Origin: an uncultured Erysipelotrichaceae bacterium
GTDB lineage: Bacteria; Bacillota_I; Bacilli_A; Erysipelotrichales; Erysipelotrichaceae
Length of the DNA stretch: 64,000 nt
Assembly: GCA_944326055.1 (NCBI GenBank)
Contig: CALVCT010000021.1
Coordinates: 6,087-70,086, forward strand
Direction: 5' to 3'
The notes beneath the pieces are model-generated. The model did no database searches and was not told the origin of the DNA. It worked only from the letters and a program-made list of their open reading frames with translations. Below, one piece after another: positions 46,614 through 57,875 of the stretch. Each line of letters starts with the position of its first letter. Position 1 is the first letter of the stretch. Both the position numbers and the translations under genes were made by a program.

Positions 46614-47445
46614 ATCTTAATTTATAGACGACGATCTCACTATCACTTAAGAAGCGGGCATCGAAATATGTGGTGCCAACACCATTAGTGACATGTAAGA
46701 GAGAGTCGTCTTTTTTGTATGTCCCTTTGAAATATTTCTTAGCACCATTTGGGCGATAGAAGTCATTTATGATAGGTAGATAGATTTGACCACCATGCGA
46801 ATGCCCCGCAAACATCAGGTCTGTAGTCACTTCATCGAAGACATCGGGTGTATGACATAGGGTGATCGTAAAATCTGAACTATCGATGGCACTGTAAGCT
46901 TTTTTTACATCAGGTGATCCTAAGATCATCGATGCGACACCAACGATATTGATATAACTACCATCTTTATAGACCAAAGACGAGCTGTTGTCTAATACCT
47001 CAAAGCCAGAGCTCTCTAAGATATCGACAGCGTTGTCATGCATGGCTTTGGAGCCTAGATCATGATTTCCAAGTACAGCAAACTTTCCAAAACGCGCCTT
47101 TATCGAATTAAGATCTTCGATGATCTTCGCTCTTTCATCGCTTGCAAATTCATAATTATCACTGTCATCGAAAAGATCCCCTCCAAACAAGACGATATCC
47201 GGATCAAAACTAGTGATAGTATCTGCTAGCTTTTCTAACTCAGCTTCTTTTATCGCAGTCCCGTAATGTAAGTCGCTGAAGAAGACGATAGTCATACCAT
47301 CAAGTGCAGTATCTACTTTATCTGATGTATAAGTATTCTCGGATACTGTCAGGACTTTGATGTTGACATAGAAGACGTTGTAGGCGATAAGAAGTATAAG
47401 TATTAAGATACATAATAGTATCATGACGATCTTTTTTGTACTCAT
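46600..47445 (-). CDS. Membrane-anchored metallophosphoesterase (calcineurin-like, YkuE-type)
   Basis: 281 aa with an N-terminal TM helix and motifs FSDLHYG, GGDLFD, VLGNHD and AGHSHGGQ. Confidence 0.8.
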   Translation of the reverse strand: MSTKKIVMILLCILILILLIAYNVFYVNIKVLTVSENTYTSDKVDTALDGMTIVFFSDLHYGTAIKEAELEKLADTITSFDPDIVLFGGDLFDDSDNYEFASDERAKIIEDLNSIKARFGKFAVLGNHDLGSKAMHDNAVDILESSGFEVLDNSSSLVYKDGSYINIVGVASMILGSPDVKKAYSAIDSSDFTITLCHTPDVFDEVTTDLMFAGHSHGGQIYLPIINDFYRPNGAKKYFKGTYKKDDSLLHVTNGVGTTYFDARFLSDSEIVVYKLRSSAS

Positions 47446-47483
47446 GGGTATATCGTACCATAGTTATCAAGTTCAGCAATCAC

Positions 47484-47648
47484 ATTATTTTACATATTTA
47501 CACGAAACTTAGAATATAAGTCCTGAGTATGATATAGACGTAAGGTCGATATAGCCTTACAAGTACAGACCCCCTTAGTACGAATATTCTATCCCCCAAA
47601 TATATCAAGGAAACATAGGCTCCACATAATTAGGAGCCTTTCTTATCG
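47484..47648 (+). ncRNA. Candidate C-rich small RNA, unit A of a tandem pair
   Basis: Hairpin GTAAGG-9 nt-CCTTAC (47540-47560). Unpaired CCCCC runs at 47570-47574 and 47593-47597. Terminal hairpin AGGCTCC-9 nt-GGAGCCT (47617-47639) followed by TTCTT. The 5' boundary is uncertain. Confidence 0.3.
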
Positions 47649-47659
47649 TATATGGAGCT

Positions 47660-47831
47660 GTTCACATAACTTCACATATTTGTCTAATATTTTGACTACA
47701 AGCCTAAGTTATCATATGCATGCAAGGTAGATAAAGACCTTGTGAAAAACTAAAGCATATTCTATCCCCCTTAAAAACTATTTACCCCAAAAACAATGGC
47801 TCCGCGATAATGGAGCCTCTTTTATTTTTTT
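47660..47831 (+). ncRNA. Candidate C-rich small RNA, unit B of a tandem pair
   Basis: Collinear with unit A. Hairpin CAAGGT-8 nt-ACCTTG (47723-47742), CCCCC at 47766-47770, CCCC at 47785-47788, and a strong terminator. Possible promoter TTCACA-18-TAATAT (47661-47690). Confidence 0.35.
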
Positions 47832-48344
47832 ATAGAAGTAAACGATAGGTTCGACGATATCGGTGTAAGTCAGATATCTTTCGATCAGCTGATAGGGACT
47901 ATGGTCAAGATATCTGATAGTCTTCACATATTCATCAAGACCGCCTTTATGGCCACGATAGAAGATGATCGAGACGATAGCTCCATCATTTAAAAGTGGA
48001 AAGAGCTTTTTTAAAGACTCGATCGTCGATGCTGCTTGGGTGATAACAGTACTGGCACTGTTTGGTAGATAACCAAGATTGAACATAGCGACATCGATCT
48101 TTTCTTCGATATAGCTATCGATAGTAGCGTGATCATCATTTATGAAGGTGATATTTGAGAAGTCTTTTGTGCGCTCTCTTGCAATATCGATAGCTTCTTT
48201 TTGGATATCGAAACTGTAGACTTTTTTAAGATAGCGTGCTAAGAAAGCTGTGTCATTTCCTTTACCACAAGTCATATCGACACCCACCTTGTCTTTTGAT
48301 AGTAAAGGCTTTAGATACTTATGGCAATAAGTCAGCGCTTTCAT
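47778..48344 (-). CDS. ytqB: Class I SAM-dependent methyltransferase, YtqB/MnmM-like (tRNA mnm5s2U pathway)
   Basis: 188 aa, collinear with B. subtilis YtqB: VDMTCGKGNDTAFLA, FDIQKEAI, FNLGYLPNSASTVIT, YRGHKGG. Lies downstream of a ytqA-type radical SAM gene. Confidence 0.75.
   Translation of the reverse strand: MKALTYCHKYLKPLLSKDKVGVDMTCGKGNDTAFLARYLKKVYSFDIQKEAIDIARERTKDFSNITFINDDHATIDSYIEEKIDVAMFNLGYLPNSASTVITQAASTIESLKKLFPLLNDGAIVSIIFYRGHKGGLDEYVKTIRYLDHSPYQLIERYLTYTDIVEPIVYFYKKIKEAPLSRSHCFWGK
47798..47831. terminator. Bidirectional rho-independent terminator (unit B on plus, ytqB on minus)
   Basis: GGCTCC-GCGATAAT-GGAGCC followed by TCTTTTATTTTTTT on the plus strand and by TTGTTTTTGGGG on the minus strand. 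It overlaps the last codons of the minus-strand methyltransferase ORF. Confidence 0.7.
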
Positions 48345-49293
48345 GATATTTTCCCTGCCAAAGATCTTTTTTGACCATCAGCTTATCGATGTCATTGAGT
48401 ATCGTCGTCTTATTGAGCAGCCACATCGGAGCGATAAGATCGTTTTTGATGGGGTCGGCTGTGAGTCTTTCGACGATGATATCTTCTTTGATAAGTGCTA
48501 GTTGTTTTGTGACGATGTCGATATATGCATCGCGACTTAAGATCGAAAAAGGATCTTTTTCATATATCTCAGCAAGTCTAGTACCTTTTAAGATCTCTAA
48601 CATATGGATCTTGATCGCATCGTAGTCAAAGTTGTTCAAGTCTTCGATCGTCTTGAGCATATCATCATACGTCTCATAAGGCAGACCGTCGATGATATGG
48701 ATGCAAGTCTTGATCTTAGTCTTGTTCAATCTTTCCATCGTCTTTTTGAATTCAGCGAAAGTATGACAGCGATTGATAAATGCTGCTGTCTTATCGTTAG
48801 AAGTTTGAAGGCCAAGTTCAAGCCAGATAGGCTTTATATCACACATCTCATCGAGATATCTTATGACTTCATCATCTAGACAATCAGCACGTGTCGCTAT
48901 AGATAGCTCGACGACTTCATCACGATAGATGAGACTTTCGACATACTTCTTGATCTTGGATAAAGGACCGTAAGTATTAGAGAAAGATTGAAAATAAGGG
49001 ATAGTCAGGGCAGCTGGCCACTTTGCATGCATGACTTCAAGATTCTTTTCATATTGTCTGACGATATCGCCATCAAAGATCGCACTCGTATCACCACTAC
49101 CTCTAGCACTGCAATATATACAACCGCCAAAGCCCTTAGAACCATCACGATTAGGACAAGTGAAATCAAGATCTAAGATGACTTTAGCGACTTTCTTTTG
49201 ATAGAGAGTCTTGAGATAATAGTTGAATGTCTGATATCTCTTATTGTCAAGAGTGTATCTGTAAGGATTCTGCATAGACATATCATATAACAT
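48319..49293 (-). CDS. ytqA: TIGR01212-type radical SAM protein (YtqA-like)
   Basis: ORF 48319..49383. A family-typical N-terminus begins near M31-M37 (start at 49293, 49281 or 49275). Motif DLDFTCPNRDGSKGFGGCIYCS. Confidence 0.8.
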   Translation of the reverse strand: MLYDMSMQNPYRYTLDNKRYQTFNYYLKTLYQKKVAKVILDLDFTCPNRDGSKGFGGCIYCSARGSGDTSAIFDGDIVRQYEKNLEVMHAKWPAALTIPYFQSFSNTYGPLSKIKKYVESLIYRDEVVELSIATRADCLDDEVIRYLDEMCDIKPIWLELGLQTSNDKTAAFINRCHTFAEFKKTMERLNKTKIKTCIHIIDGLPYETYDDMLKTIEDLNNFDYDAIKIHMLEILKGTRLAEIYEKDPFSILSRDAYIDIVTKQLALIKEDIIVERLTADPIKNDLIAPMWLLNKTTILNDIDKLMVKKDLWQGKYHESADLLP

Positions 49294-49350
49294 CGCGCAC
49301 TTTAAAAAAATACTATCCACATAAAAAGATCTATGGGTTATCATAGGAGC

Positions 49351-49896
49351 ATGCTGGTGGGGAAAAGAGTGATACTTAGACACTTTAAAGATAGCGATAT
49401 CAAAGCCCTTTATGAATTACTCAGTGATGAAAAGGTCAACACATATCTACCTTGGTACCCTCTAAAGACGATCGAAGAAGCTAGATCTTTTTATGAAGAA
49501 CGTCTGAAGGATAGGAAGTATGCCTTTGCGATATGTCTTAAAGATCAAGACTATCCGATAGGTTATGTCTGCATCAGTGAAGATGACAGCCATGATATGG
49601 GCTATGCGATAGCTTTGAAGTATCAAAGGCAGGGTCTAGTCTTTGAGGCTTGTACAGAGGTCATTGCTTATTTGAAAAACGAAGGGGTGGCATATATCAC
49701 GGCAACACATGATGAGAAAAATGAAGCAAGTGGCAAGGTCATGCGCAAGCTTGGTATGCGTTATCTCTATTCTTATAAAGAAAGATGGATGCCTAAGGAC
49801 ATCGATGTCATCTTTCGCCTCTATGAACTTGACATCGATACGATAGAGCGCACATACATTGGATATTGGCTCATGTATCAAGAACACTATATCTGA
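49351..49896 (+). CDS. GNAT family N-acetyltransferase (RimJ/RimL-like)
   Basis: ORF 49333..49896. AGGAG at 49345-49349 favours ATG 49351 or GTG 49357. KRVILRHFKDSDIKALYELLSD and YQRQGLVFEA (acetyl-CoA loop). Confidence 0.7.
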   Translation: MLVGKRVILRHFKDSDIKALYELLSDEKVNTYLPWYPLKTIEEARSFYEERLKDRKYAFAICLKDQDYPIGYVCISEDDSHDMGYAIALKYQRQGLVFEACTEVIAYLKNEGVAYITATHDEKNEASGKVMRKLGMRYLYSYKERWMPKDIDVIFRLYELDIDTIERTYIGYWLMYQEHYI

Positions 49897-50044
49897 AAAG
49901 ATCGCTTCATCTATCATTAAGATCCTCAAGCTTTATGATACAAGTAGATCTCTACCTTGATGCAATAACTAAGATGAGATCTAAAAAGAATAAGTGAAGA
50001 CATTTTCATTGATTTTATAGGGTAAAATCAGTATCATGATGAAG

Positions 50045-50246
50045 TGATCGTCAAAAGTAGTAGATAGTCAAAGCTTATAGAGAGCTCTTGTTTGGTGTAA
50101 AAGAGCAGTGTCATCTATCGAACTCGTTTGACATATAGATCGACCGCTGATCAGCGATAACGATGAAGAGTGCACATATGTCAATTCATATGTGAATTAA
50201 GGTGGTAACGCGTTTCTGACGTCCTTAAGTAGGGCGTTTTTATTTT
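50045..50246 (+). promoter_or_regulatory. T-box leader with a Leu (CUC) specifier, controlling leuS
   Basis: Stem I base GTCAAA/TTTGAC, AGTA box, AGAGA bulge and distal loop GGTGTAA. Specifier loop GAA-CTC-G (CTC at 50123-50125). T-box sequence AATTAAGGTGGTAACGCG (50196-50212). Terminator ACGTCCT-TAAGT-AGGGCGT plus TTTTTATTTT (50219-50246). Confidence 0.8.
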
Positions 50247-50259
50247 AAGGAGGAGAGTT

Positions 50260-52662
50260 ATGGCTTATACACACGATAAGACAGAAGCTAAATGGCGTAA
50301 GATCTGGGATGATGATGATCCTTGGTATACTGATACGCATGATTTCAGTAGACCCAAATATTATGTCTTAGATATGTTCCCTTATCCATCAGGAGTAGGG
50401 CTTCATGCAGGACATCCAGAAGGATATACTGCTACAGATGTCGTTGCACGTATGAAGAGGATGCAGGGATATAATGTCTTGCATCCGATGGGTTTTGATT
50501 CATTTGGTCTGCCTGCTGAACAATATGCGATACAGACTGGTAATCATCCTGAAGGTTTCACCAAGAAGAATATCGAGACTTTCAAAGATCAACTCAAGAT
50601 GTTAGGTTTCTCATATGATTGGACTAAGGAAGTTGCGACATCAGATCCAAGTTATTATAAGTGGACTCAGTGGATCTTCGAGCGTCTTTTTGAAGATGGC
50701 TATGCTAAGTATGTCGAGATGCCGGTCAACTGGTGTGAAGAACTTGGCACTGTCTTAGCTAACGATGAAGTCATCGACGGCAAATCAGAAAGAGGTGGTT
50801 ATCCTGTCGTACGTCGCAATATGCGTCAATGGATCATGGATATCCCAGCTTTCGCTGAAAGACTCTTAGAGAATCTTGATGAGCTCGATTGGCCTGAATC
50901 GACAAAAGAGATGCAGCGAAATTGGATAGGTAAGTCAACAGGTGCGGAAGTCAAGTTCACTGTCGCTGATTCAGATGAGAGCTTCATCGTCTTTACGACA
51001 CGGCCTGATACGCTTTTTGGTGCGACATATTGTGTCTTATCGCCAGAACATCCACTAGTCGATAAGATCACAAGTATTGATAAAAAAGAGGAAGTCGAGA
51101 GTTATCGTAAGAATTGTGCTAGTAAATCAGAGCTTGAGCGTACACAGCTGAATAAAGATAAGACTGGCGTCTTTATCGGTGCTTATGCGATCGATCCTGT
51201 CAATGACAAGCATATCCCTATCTATATCTCAGACTATGTCCTTATGAGTTATGGTACAGGCGCGATAATGGCTGTTCCGGCTCATGATGAAAGGGACTAT
51301 GAATTCGCTAAAAAGTTTGGTATCGAGATCATCGAAGTACTGAAAGGTGGCGATATCACAAAAGAGGCCTACACAGAAGATGGCACCCATGTGAACTCTG
51401 GATTTCTTGATGGTTTAGATAAAAAAGAAGCTATCGATAAGATCATCGCTTGGCTTGAAGAGCGTCATCTTGGCAAGCGTAAGATAAACTATCGTATCCG
51501 TGAGTGGATCTTCTCTCGTCAACGTTATTGGGGCGAACCTATTCCTGTCATCCACTATGAAGATGGCACGATAGGCATCATCGATGATGAAGATCTGCCA
51601 CTTGTCTTGCCAGAACTTGATGATTATAGCCCTTCAAAGAGTTGTGCTTCACCGCTTGAAAGAGCGACTGATTGGGTCAATGTCACATATAAAGGCAAAA
51701 AAGGCAAAAGAGAGACTAATACGATGCCAGGATCAGCTGGATCTTCATGGTATTTCTTACGTTATATCGATCCTAATAACGATAAACAGTTCGCTGATTA
51801 TGAACTTTTGAAACATTGGATGCCTGTCGATCTCTATATCGGCGGTCCAGAACATGCGGTAGGACACTTGCTTTATTCGCGCATGTGGAACAATTATCTC
51901 TATGACAAAGGTCTCGTACCATATAAGGAACCTTTCAAGAAGCTCGTCCATCAGGGCATGATCTTAGGTGAGAATGGTATCAAGATGGGCAAACGCTATC
52001 CTGAATATGCAGTAAATCCTAATGATATAGTAAGAGATTATGGTGCAGATACATTGAGACTCTATGAGATGTTTATGGGGCCACTTGGTGCTGATAAACC
52101 ATGGAGTACACAAGGTGTCATTGGTGCTCGCAAGTGGTTAGATCGTGTTTGGAGACTCATGATCGAGATGCCAGAGAAGATCTCTGAAGAGAATGATCAT
52201 ACTTTAGACTATTCATATAACTTTTTAGTCAAAAAGGTCACAAGTGACTTTGGATCTTTGGATATCAATACAGCTATCTCACAGATGATGATCTTCATCA
52301 ATGATGCCTATAAAGCTGATAAGCTCTATAAGGAGTATGCGATAAACTTCGTACAGATGCTTTCGTGTATCACGCCATTCATCGGTTATGAGATGTATGA
52401 GCGTCTTACTGGTAAAGATGATCTTACATATCGTCCTTGGCCAACATATGATGAGTCAAAACTCGTCAAAGATGAGATCGAGTATGTCGTTCAAGTCAAT
52501 GGCAAGGTCAGAGCTAAGTTCAGTGAGCGCACTGGCTTATCTAATGAAGAGATCTTAGATCTAGCCTTAACGCAAGAAAACATCAATAAGTTCGTGCCTG
52601 ATAGAGAAGCGATCAAAAAGTATTTCGTCATCAAGGGCAAGATGATCAACATCGTCGTCTAA
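50260..52662 (+). CDS. leuS: Leucyl-tRNA synthetase
   Basis: 800 aa with a class I HIGH-type motif ([14 protein letters not shown]), a KMSKS-equivalent (GIKMGKR) and a CP1 editing domain. GGAGGAG RBS. Confidence 0.95.
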   Translation: MAYTHDKTEAKWRKIWDDDDPWYTDTHDFSRPKYYVLDMFPYPSGVGLHAGHPEGYTATDVVARMKRMQGYNVLHPMGFDSFGLPAEQYAIQTGNHPEGFTKKNIETFKDQLKMLGFSYDWTKEVATSDPSYYKWTQWIFERLFEDGYAKYVEMPVNWCEELGTVLANDEVIDGKSERGGYPVVRRNMRQWIMDIPAFAERLLENLDELDWPESTKEMQRNWIGKSTGAEVKFTVADSDESFIVFTTRPDTLFGATYCVLSPEHPLVDKITSIDKKEEVESYRKNCASKSELERTQLNKDKTGVFIGAYAIDPVNDKHIPIYISDYVLMSYGTGAIMAVPAHDERDYEFAKKFGIEIIEVLKGGDITKEAYTEDGTHVNSGFLDGLDKKEAIDKIIAWLEERHLGKRKINYRIREWIFSRQRYWGEPIPVIHYEDGTIGIIDDEDLPLVLPELDDYSPSKSCASPLERATDWVNVTYKGKKGKRETNTMPGSAGSSWYFLRYIDPNNDKQFADYELLKHWMPVDLYIGGPEHAVGHLLYSRMWNNYLYDKGLVPYKEPFKKLVHQGMILGENGIKMGKRYPEYAVNPNDIVRDYGADTLRLYEMFMGPLGADKPWSTQGVIGARKWLDRVWRLMIEMPEKISEENDHTLDYSYNFLVKKVTSDFGSLDINTAISQMMIFINDAYKADKLYKEYAINFVQMLSCITPFIGYEMYERLTGKDDLTYRPWPTYDESKLVKDEIEYVVQVNGKVRAKFSERTGLSNEEILDLALTQENINKFVPDREAIKKYFVIKGKMINIVV

Positions 52663-52670
52663 TATCATTA

Positions 52671-52712
52671 AAAAAGGTCCTGTCATCAAGGAAATGATCA
52701 GGACCTTTTGTT
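52671..52712. terminator. Bidirectional terminator between leuS and rpiB
   Basis: AAAAA-GGTCCTG-16 nt-CAGGACC-TTTTG; A/T tracts on both sides. Confidence 0.7.
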
Positions 52713-52771
52713 ATATGATGCGATAAGAGTCTAATAAGTCACAAGACATGATATCTAAGTAGATGTTTCAT

Positions 52772-53212
52772 TTATTCTTCTTCTATCGCTTTGATGAGAT
52801 CGACTCTTCTTTGGTGTCGATCACCAAGGAAGCTAGCAGCTATAAATTCGTCGACGATCATCTTAGCGAGCTCTTCGCCAACGACTCTGGCACCAAAACA
52901 CAAGATATTGGCATCGTTGTGTTCACGAGCGAGCTTGGCGCTATAAGGCTCTGAGACACAAGCGGCTCTGATACCTTTTACTTTATTGGCGCTTATCGAG
53001 ACACCGATACCCGTGCCACAGATGATGATCCCAAGGTCAGCTTCTTTATTTCTTACTTTCAAAGCCACTTCTTTGGCGATGATGGGGTAATCGATCTTCT
53101 CACCTTCTTTGACACCAAGGTCTGATACTTCATGACCCTTACTTTGAAGATGTTCTTTGATGACTTCTTTGAGCTTTGGACCGGCGTGGTCATTTCCTAT
53201 AACGATATGCAT
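52772..53212 (-). CDS. rpiB: Ribose-5-phosphate isomerase B (RpiB/LacAB family)
   Basis: 146 aa with motifs IGNDHAGPKLK and ICGTGIGVSISANKVKGIRAA. Confidence 0.85.
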   Translation of the reverse strand: MHIVIGNDHAGPKLKEVIKEHLQSKGHEVSDLGVKEGEKIDYPIIAKEVALKVRNKEADLGIIICGTGIGVSISANKVKGIRAACVSEPYSAKLAREHNDANILCFGARVVGEELAKMIVDEFIAASFLGDRHQRRVDLIKAIEEE

Positions 53213-53281
53213 ATGTTCACCTCGAACTTATTTTATGAAAGATAGAGCTATATCGCAAGGAAAGTTTGCTATAATTGTCAC

Positions 53282-54010
53282 ATGGCATTTGTGGCAAGTT
53301 ATGAGACTTTTGAAGGTCCACTCGATCTGATGTTGCATCTCATCAAAGAAAACAAGCTCGATATCTTCGATCTAGATATGAGTGTGTTGTGTGATGAATA
53401 TTTAGCCTATCTTGATAAGATGGATGAACTCCATCTAGAAGTCGAAAGCGAATACCTTGTAGAGTTATCGACGCTTATCGAATATAAATCAAAGAAGCTC
53501 TTGCCTAAAAGAGAAGCCGAGCTAATAGATGATTATCAAGAAGATCCAAAAGATGCTTTAGTCAGAAGATTGCTTGAATATCAAAGATTCAAAGAAGTAA
53601 CACAAGAACTAGTCGTTCCATATATGGAACGTTCAAGACAATTATCTAAAGCGATGAGCGACACCAAAGAGCTAGAGAGAGATGATGAAGATGAGATCTT
53701 TTATGATGGCAACGTATCTGATCTCTATAAAGCTATGAATCGTGTCTTAAGACGTCTTAAATTAGCGATGCCGATCGAGACTAGATATACGCAAAAAGAA
53801 GTCTCGATCGATGATCGTCTTTTGGTGATAAGAGCACGGCTCAAAGACTTGGATGACATCTTCTCTTTAGAAGTCTTGGCAGATGATTGTAAGACTATCG
53901 AAGAAGCTGTCGTAACGTTTTTAGCTGTCTTAGACCTCATTAAGGATGGTGTCTTAGATCTAGCGATAAAAGATGAAGATAAGATATATCTAAAAAGGAG
54001 GGAAAGATGA
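53282..54010 (+). CDS. scpA: Segregation and condensation protein A
   Basis: 242 aa. FEGPLDLMLHLIKENKLDIFDLDMS is the family N-terminus. Followed by scpB. Confidence 0.85.
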   Translation: MAFVASYETFEGPLDLMLHLIKENKLDIFDLDMSVLCDEYLAYLDKMDELHLEVESEYLVELSTLIEYKSKKLLPKREAELIDDYQEDPKDALVRRLLEYQRFKEVTQELVVPYMERSRQLSKAMSDTKELERDDEDEIFYDGNVSDLYKAMNRVLRRLKLAMPIETRYTQKEVSIDDRLLVIRARLKDLDDIFSLEVLADDCKTIEEAVVTFLAVLDLIKDGVLDLAIKDEDKIYLKRRER

Positions 54011-54663
54011 TCGAAGAATATGCATTAGGTCATGAGATGGATGCGAAAGAGCGCTATCTTTTTGAGAATACACCAAGCAAAGTCAAAAAGGTGCCAAAGA
54101 TCACAGGTAGCAAACCCCCAAAAGACCAAGAAGCGATCATCGAAGGTCTTCTCTATATCGTTGGTGAAGATGGCCTTAGGATCGAACAATTAGCCATGGC
54201 TCTAGACATAAGTTATGAGGAAGCAAAAAAGAGCTTAGAGAGACTAGCTATGCGCTATGCTAAGGGAGATCATGGTATCGAACTTGTTGATTATGGTGGA
54301 CATTATAAATTCCTTACTAAGATCGATATCCATCCCTATGCACAAAGGCTTTTAGATATAGCTAAGACGAGCACGCTATCACAAAGTGCTCTAGAGACAC
54401 TAGCGATCATCGCTTATAAACAACCTATCACTCGTGTCGAGATCGAAGATCTTAGAGGCGTCGGTTCTGATATGATGCTTAGGAAACTGCAAGCTAGAAA
54501 CCTCATACGTGAGGCTGGACGCTCAGAAGCACCTGGTCGTCCTATCCTTTATGAGGTAACAGAAGAGTTTATGGACAGCTTCAAGCTCGCGTCCTTAAGT
54601 GATCTACCAGAACTTCCAGAATATAGCAGTGATGAAGAAAGTGAGGACTTGTTTCAAAGATGA
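54007..54663 (+). CDS. scpB: Segregation and condensation protein B
   Basis: 218 aa with motifs EGLLYIVGEDGL, LSQSALETLAIIAYKQPITRVEIEDLRGV and GRPILYEVT. Confidence 0.85.
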   Translation: MIEEYALGHEMDAKERYLFENTPSKVKKVPKITGSKPPKDQEAIIEGLLYIVGEDGLRIEQLAMALDISYEEAKKSLERLAMRYAKGDHGIELVDYGGHYKFLTKIDIHPYAQRLLDIAKTSTLSQSALETLAIIAYKQPITRVEIEDLRGVGSDMMLRKLQARNLIREAGRSEAPGRPILYEVTEEFMDSFKLASLSDLPELPEYSSDEESEDLFQR

Positions 54664-55958
54664 TCGATAGATATACCAGCAAGACGTTCAAAGTGCTCTG
54701 GTCAGATGAGCAACGTTTCAAGAAGTATTTAGATGTCGAGATAGCTTCTCTTGTCGCTTTAAGTGAACTCGGGATAGTTCCTAAAAGTGACGTCGCTAAG
54801 ATCAAAGAGAAGGCAACTATCGATGTCGCTAGGATAGCAGAGATCGAAAAAGAGACTAAACATGATGTCATTGCCTTTACAAGAGCTGTCGATGAGAAGC
54901 TTGAAGAAGAGAAGAAATGGTTACACTATGGTCTGACTTCGACCGATGTCGTCGATACGGCTTATGGCCTTCTTTATAAAGAGGCTGACAGATACATCCT
55001 TGAAGATCTGATAAGATTCAAAGAGATATTGAAAAGAAGCGCTCTTAAGTATAAAGATACGCCATGTATCGGTAGGACACATGGCATCCATGCGGAGATC
55101 ACATCTTTTGGTCTAAAGTTCGCACTTTATTATGATGAGCTAGAAAGAGATATCGAGAGGTTCATCCACGCCGCCAAAAACATTGAAGTCGGAAAGATCT
55201 CTGGTGCTGTTGGGACCTTCGCTAATGTACCCGCTGAAGTACAAGATCGTGTGTGCGAACTTTTAGGTCTTACAAGCGCTAAGATCTCGACACAAGTCTT
55301 ACAAAGAGACAGACATATCGAATACTACAATACACTAGCTCTCATCGCTTCAAGTTTAGAGAAGATCGCTCTTGAGATACGTAACCTGCAGCGCACCGAG
55401 GTCTCAGAAGTAAATGAATATTTTAGCCAAGGTCAAAAAGGCTCTAGTGCGATGCCACATAAGAAGAATCCTATCGGTTCTGAAAATATCTGTGGCTTAG
55501 CACGTGTGATCAAAGGCTATGCAGCAATGGCTCTTGATGACAATGCCCTGTGGCATGAAAGAGATATCTCGCATTCTAGTGTTGAAAGGATCATTGCACC
55601 TGATGCGACGACTCTTATCGACTATATGCTCAGACGACTTGGCGATATCATCGATAATCTCATCGTCCATGAGGATAAGATGTATGAAGATATCTTCATG
55701 ACGCATGGTGTTATCTTCTCAGGGCGCTTTGTGAATAGACTTGTTGAAAAGGGATCGAGCCGTGAAGAAGCTTATGATCTCATCCAGCCATTAGCTCTAA
55801 GAGCCTATAATGAAAAAAAGGCTTTCAAAGATCTCATCTTAGCTAGTGAAGTGATGAAGTATCTGAGTCTTGATGATGTGGATGATTGTTTTGATGTCAT
55901 GTATCATCTCAGAAATGTCGATCTGATCTTTAGAAGAGTTGGTCTATTGGATCAATAG
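54660..55958 (+). CDS. purB: Adenylosuccinate lyase
   Basis: 432 aa with fumarate-lyase signature GSSAMPHKKNP and N-terminus RYTSKTF..LWSDE. Confidence 0.9.
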   Translation: MIDRYTSKTFKVLWSDEQRFKKYLDVEIASLVALSELGIVPKSDVAKIKEKATIDVARIAEIEKETKHDVIAFTRAVDEKLEEEKKWLHYGLTSTDVVDTAYGLLYKEADRYILEDLIRFKEILKRSALKYKDTPCIGRTHGIHAEITSFGLKFALYYDELERDIERFIHAAKNIEVGKISGAVGTFANVPAEVQDRVCELLGLTSAKISTQVLQRDRHIEYYNTLALIASSLEKIALEIRNLQRTEVSEVNEYFSQGQKGSSAMPHKKNPIGSENICGLARVIKGYAAMALDDNALWHERDISHSSVERIIAPDATTLIDYMLRRLGDIIDNLIVHEDKMYEDIFMTHGVIFSGRFVNRLVEKGSSREEAYDLIQPLALRAYNEKKAFKDLILASEVMKYLSLDDVDDCFDVMYHLRNVDLIFRRVGLLDQ

Positions 55959-55982
55959 GATCTATCGTGTTAATATAGTGGT

Positions 55983-56441
55983 ATGAAGAAGTATCTTAGA
56001 AAACCTATCATCTTCATATCACTATTTCTTTTGATCGTCTTGATGATCACGTGTCTTGTAGTGAGACATCTAATGAAAGAATCAAGGCGCATCGAAGATC
56101 TCGATGAAGTATGGACCTTTTTAAGATGTGATCCGGATACTTTTGATATCACGACACTTGGCGAGTATGAAGTGTCGATCAAAAGAGATACTAAGCGAGA
56201 TGAAGTAGCTCAAAACTATTATGTGACAGCTAGTGACGATCGTGCGTATATCGATGGCCAAAAGATAGAGCTTATCGCTACGATCGGAAGAAGCGATGAC
56301 TACTATATCGAGTTTGGCCGGCTTTTCTCTTATGTCTATATCAAAGAAAAGGAGACTGGTATCGCATATGTTGGATATAGTCCATTACTTCCACAATATG
56401 ATAATCGGACACCCGAAAGCTTATTTTTGAGCGGTGAATAA
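55983..56441 (+). CDS. Hypothetical membrane-anchored protein
   Basis: 152 aa with one N-terminal TM helix. I recognise no motif. Coding status is supported only by ORF length and intergenic fit. Confidence 0.4.
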   Translation: MKKYLRKPIIFISLFLLIVLMITCLVVRHLMKESRRIEDLDEVWTFLRCDPDTFDITTLGEYEVSIKRDTKRDEVAQNYYVTASDDRAYIDGQKIELIATIGRSDDYYIEFGRLFSYVYIKEKETGIAYVGYSPLLPQYDNRTPESLFLSGE

Positions 56442-56461
56442 AAAAAGACCTGCATAGCAGG

Positions 56462-56463
<2 letters not shown>
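56440..56463 (-). terminator. Terminator after purA
   Basis: Minus strand: GACCTGC-TAT-GCAGGTC followed by TTTTTTTATT. The stem includes the purA stop codon. Confidence 0.65.
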
Positions 56464-57751
<1,288 letters not shown>

Positions 57752-57875
57752 TTATCTACCGCGTATATCTAATGATACACTTTCCTTTCTTTTTCCTCAC
57801 ACATTATATACTAAGCATCAAAGCTTTTAAAACACTAAACTTGTGCTATCATATCTAGGTCAAAGGAGAGTAAAC

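Noticed and set aside
57752-57842. Looked for a purine riboswitch upstream of purA
   Set aside because: The 90-nt leader has none of the conserved guanine/adenine aptamer blocks.
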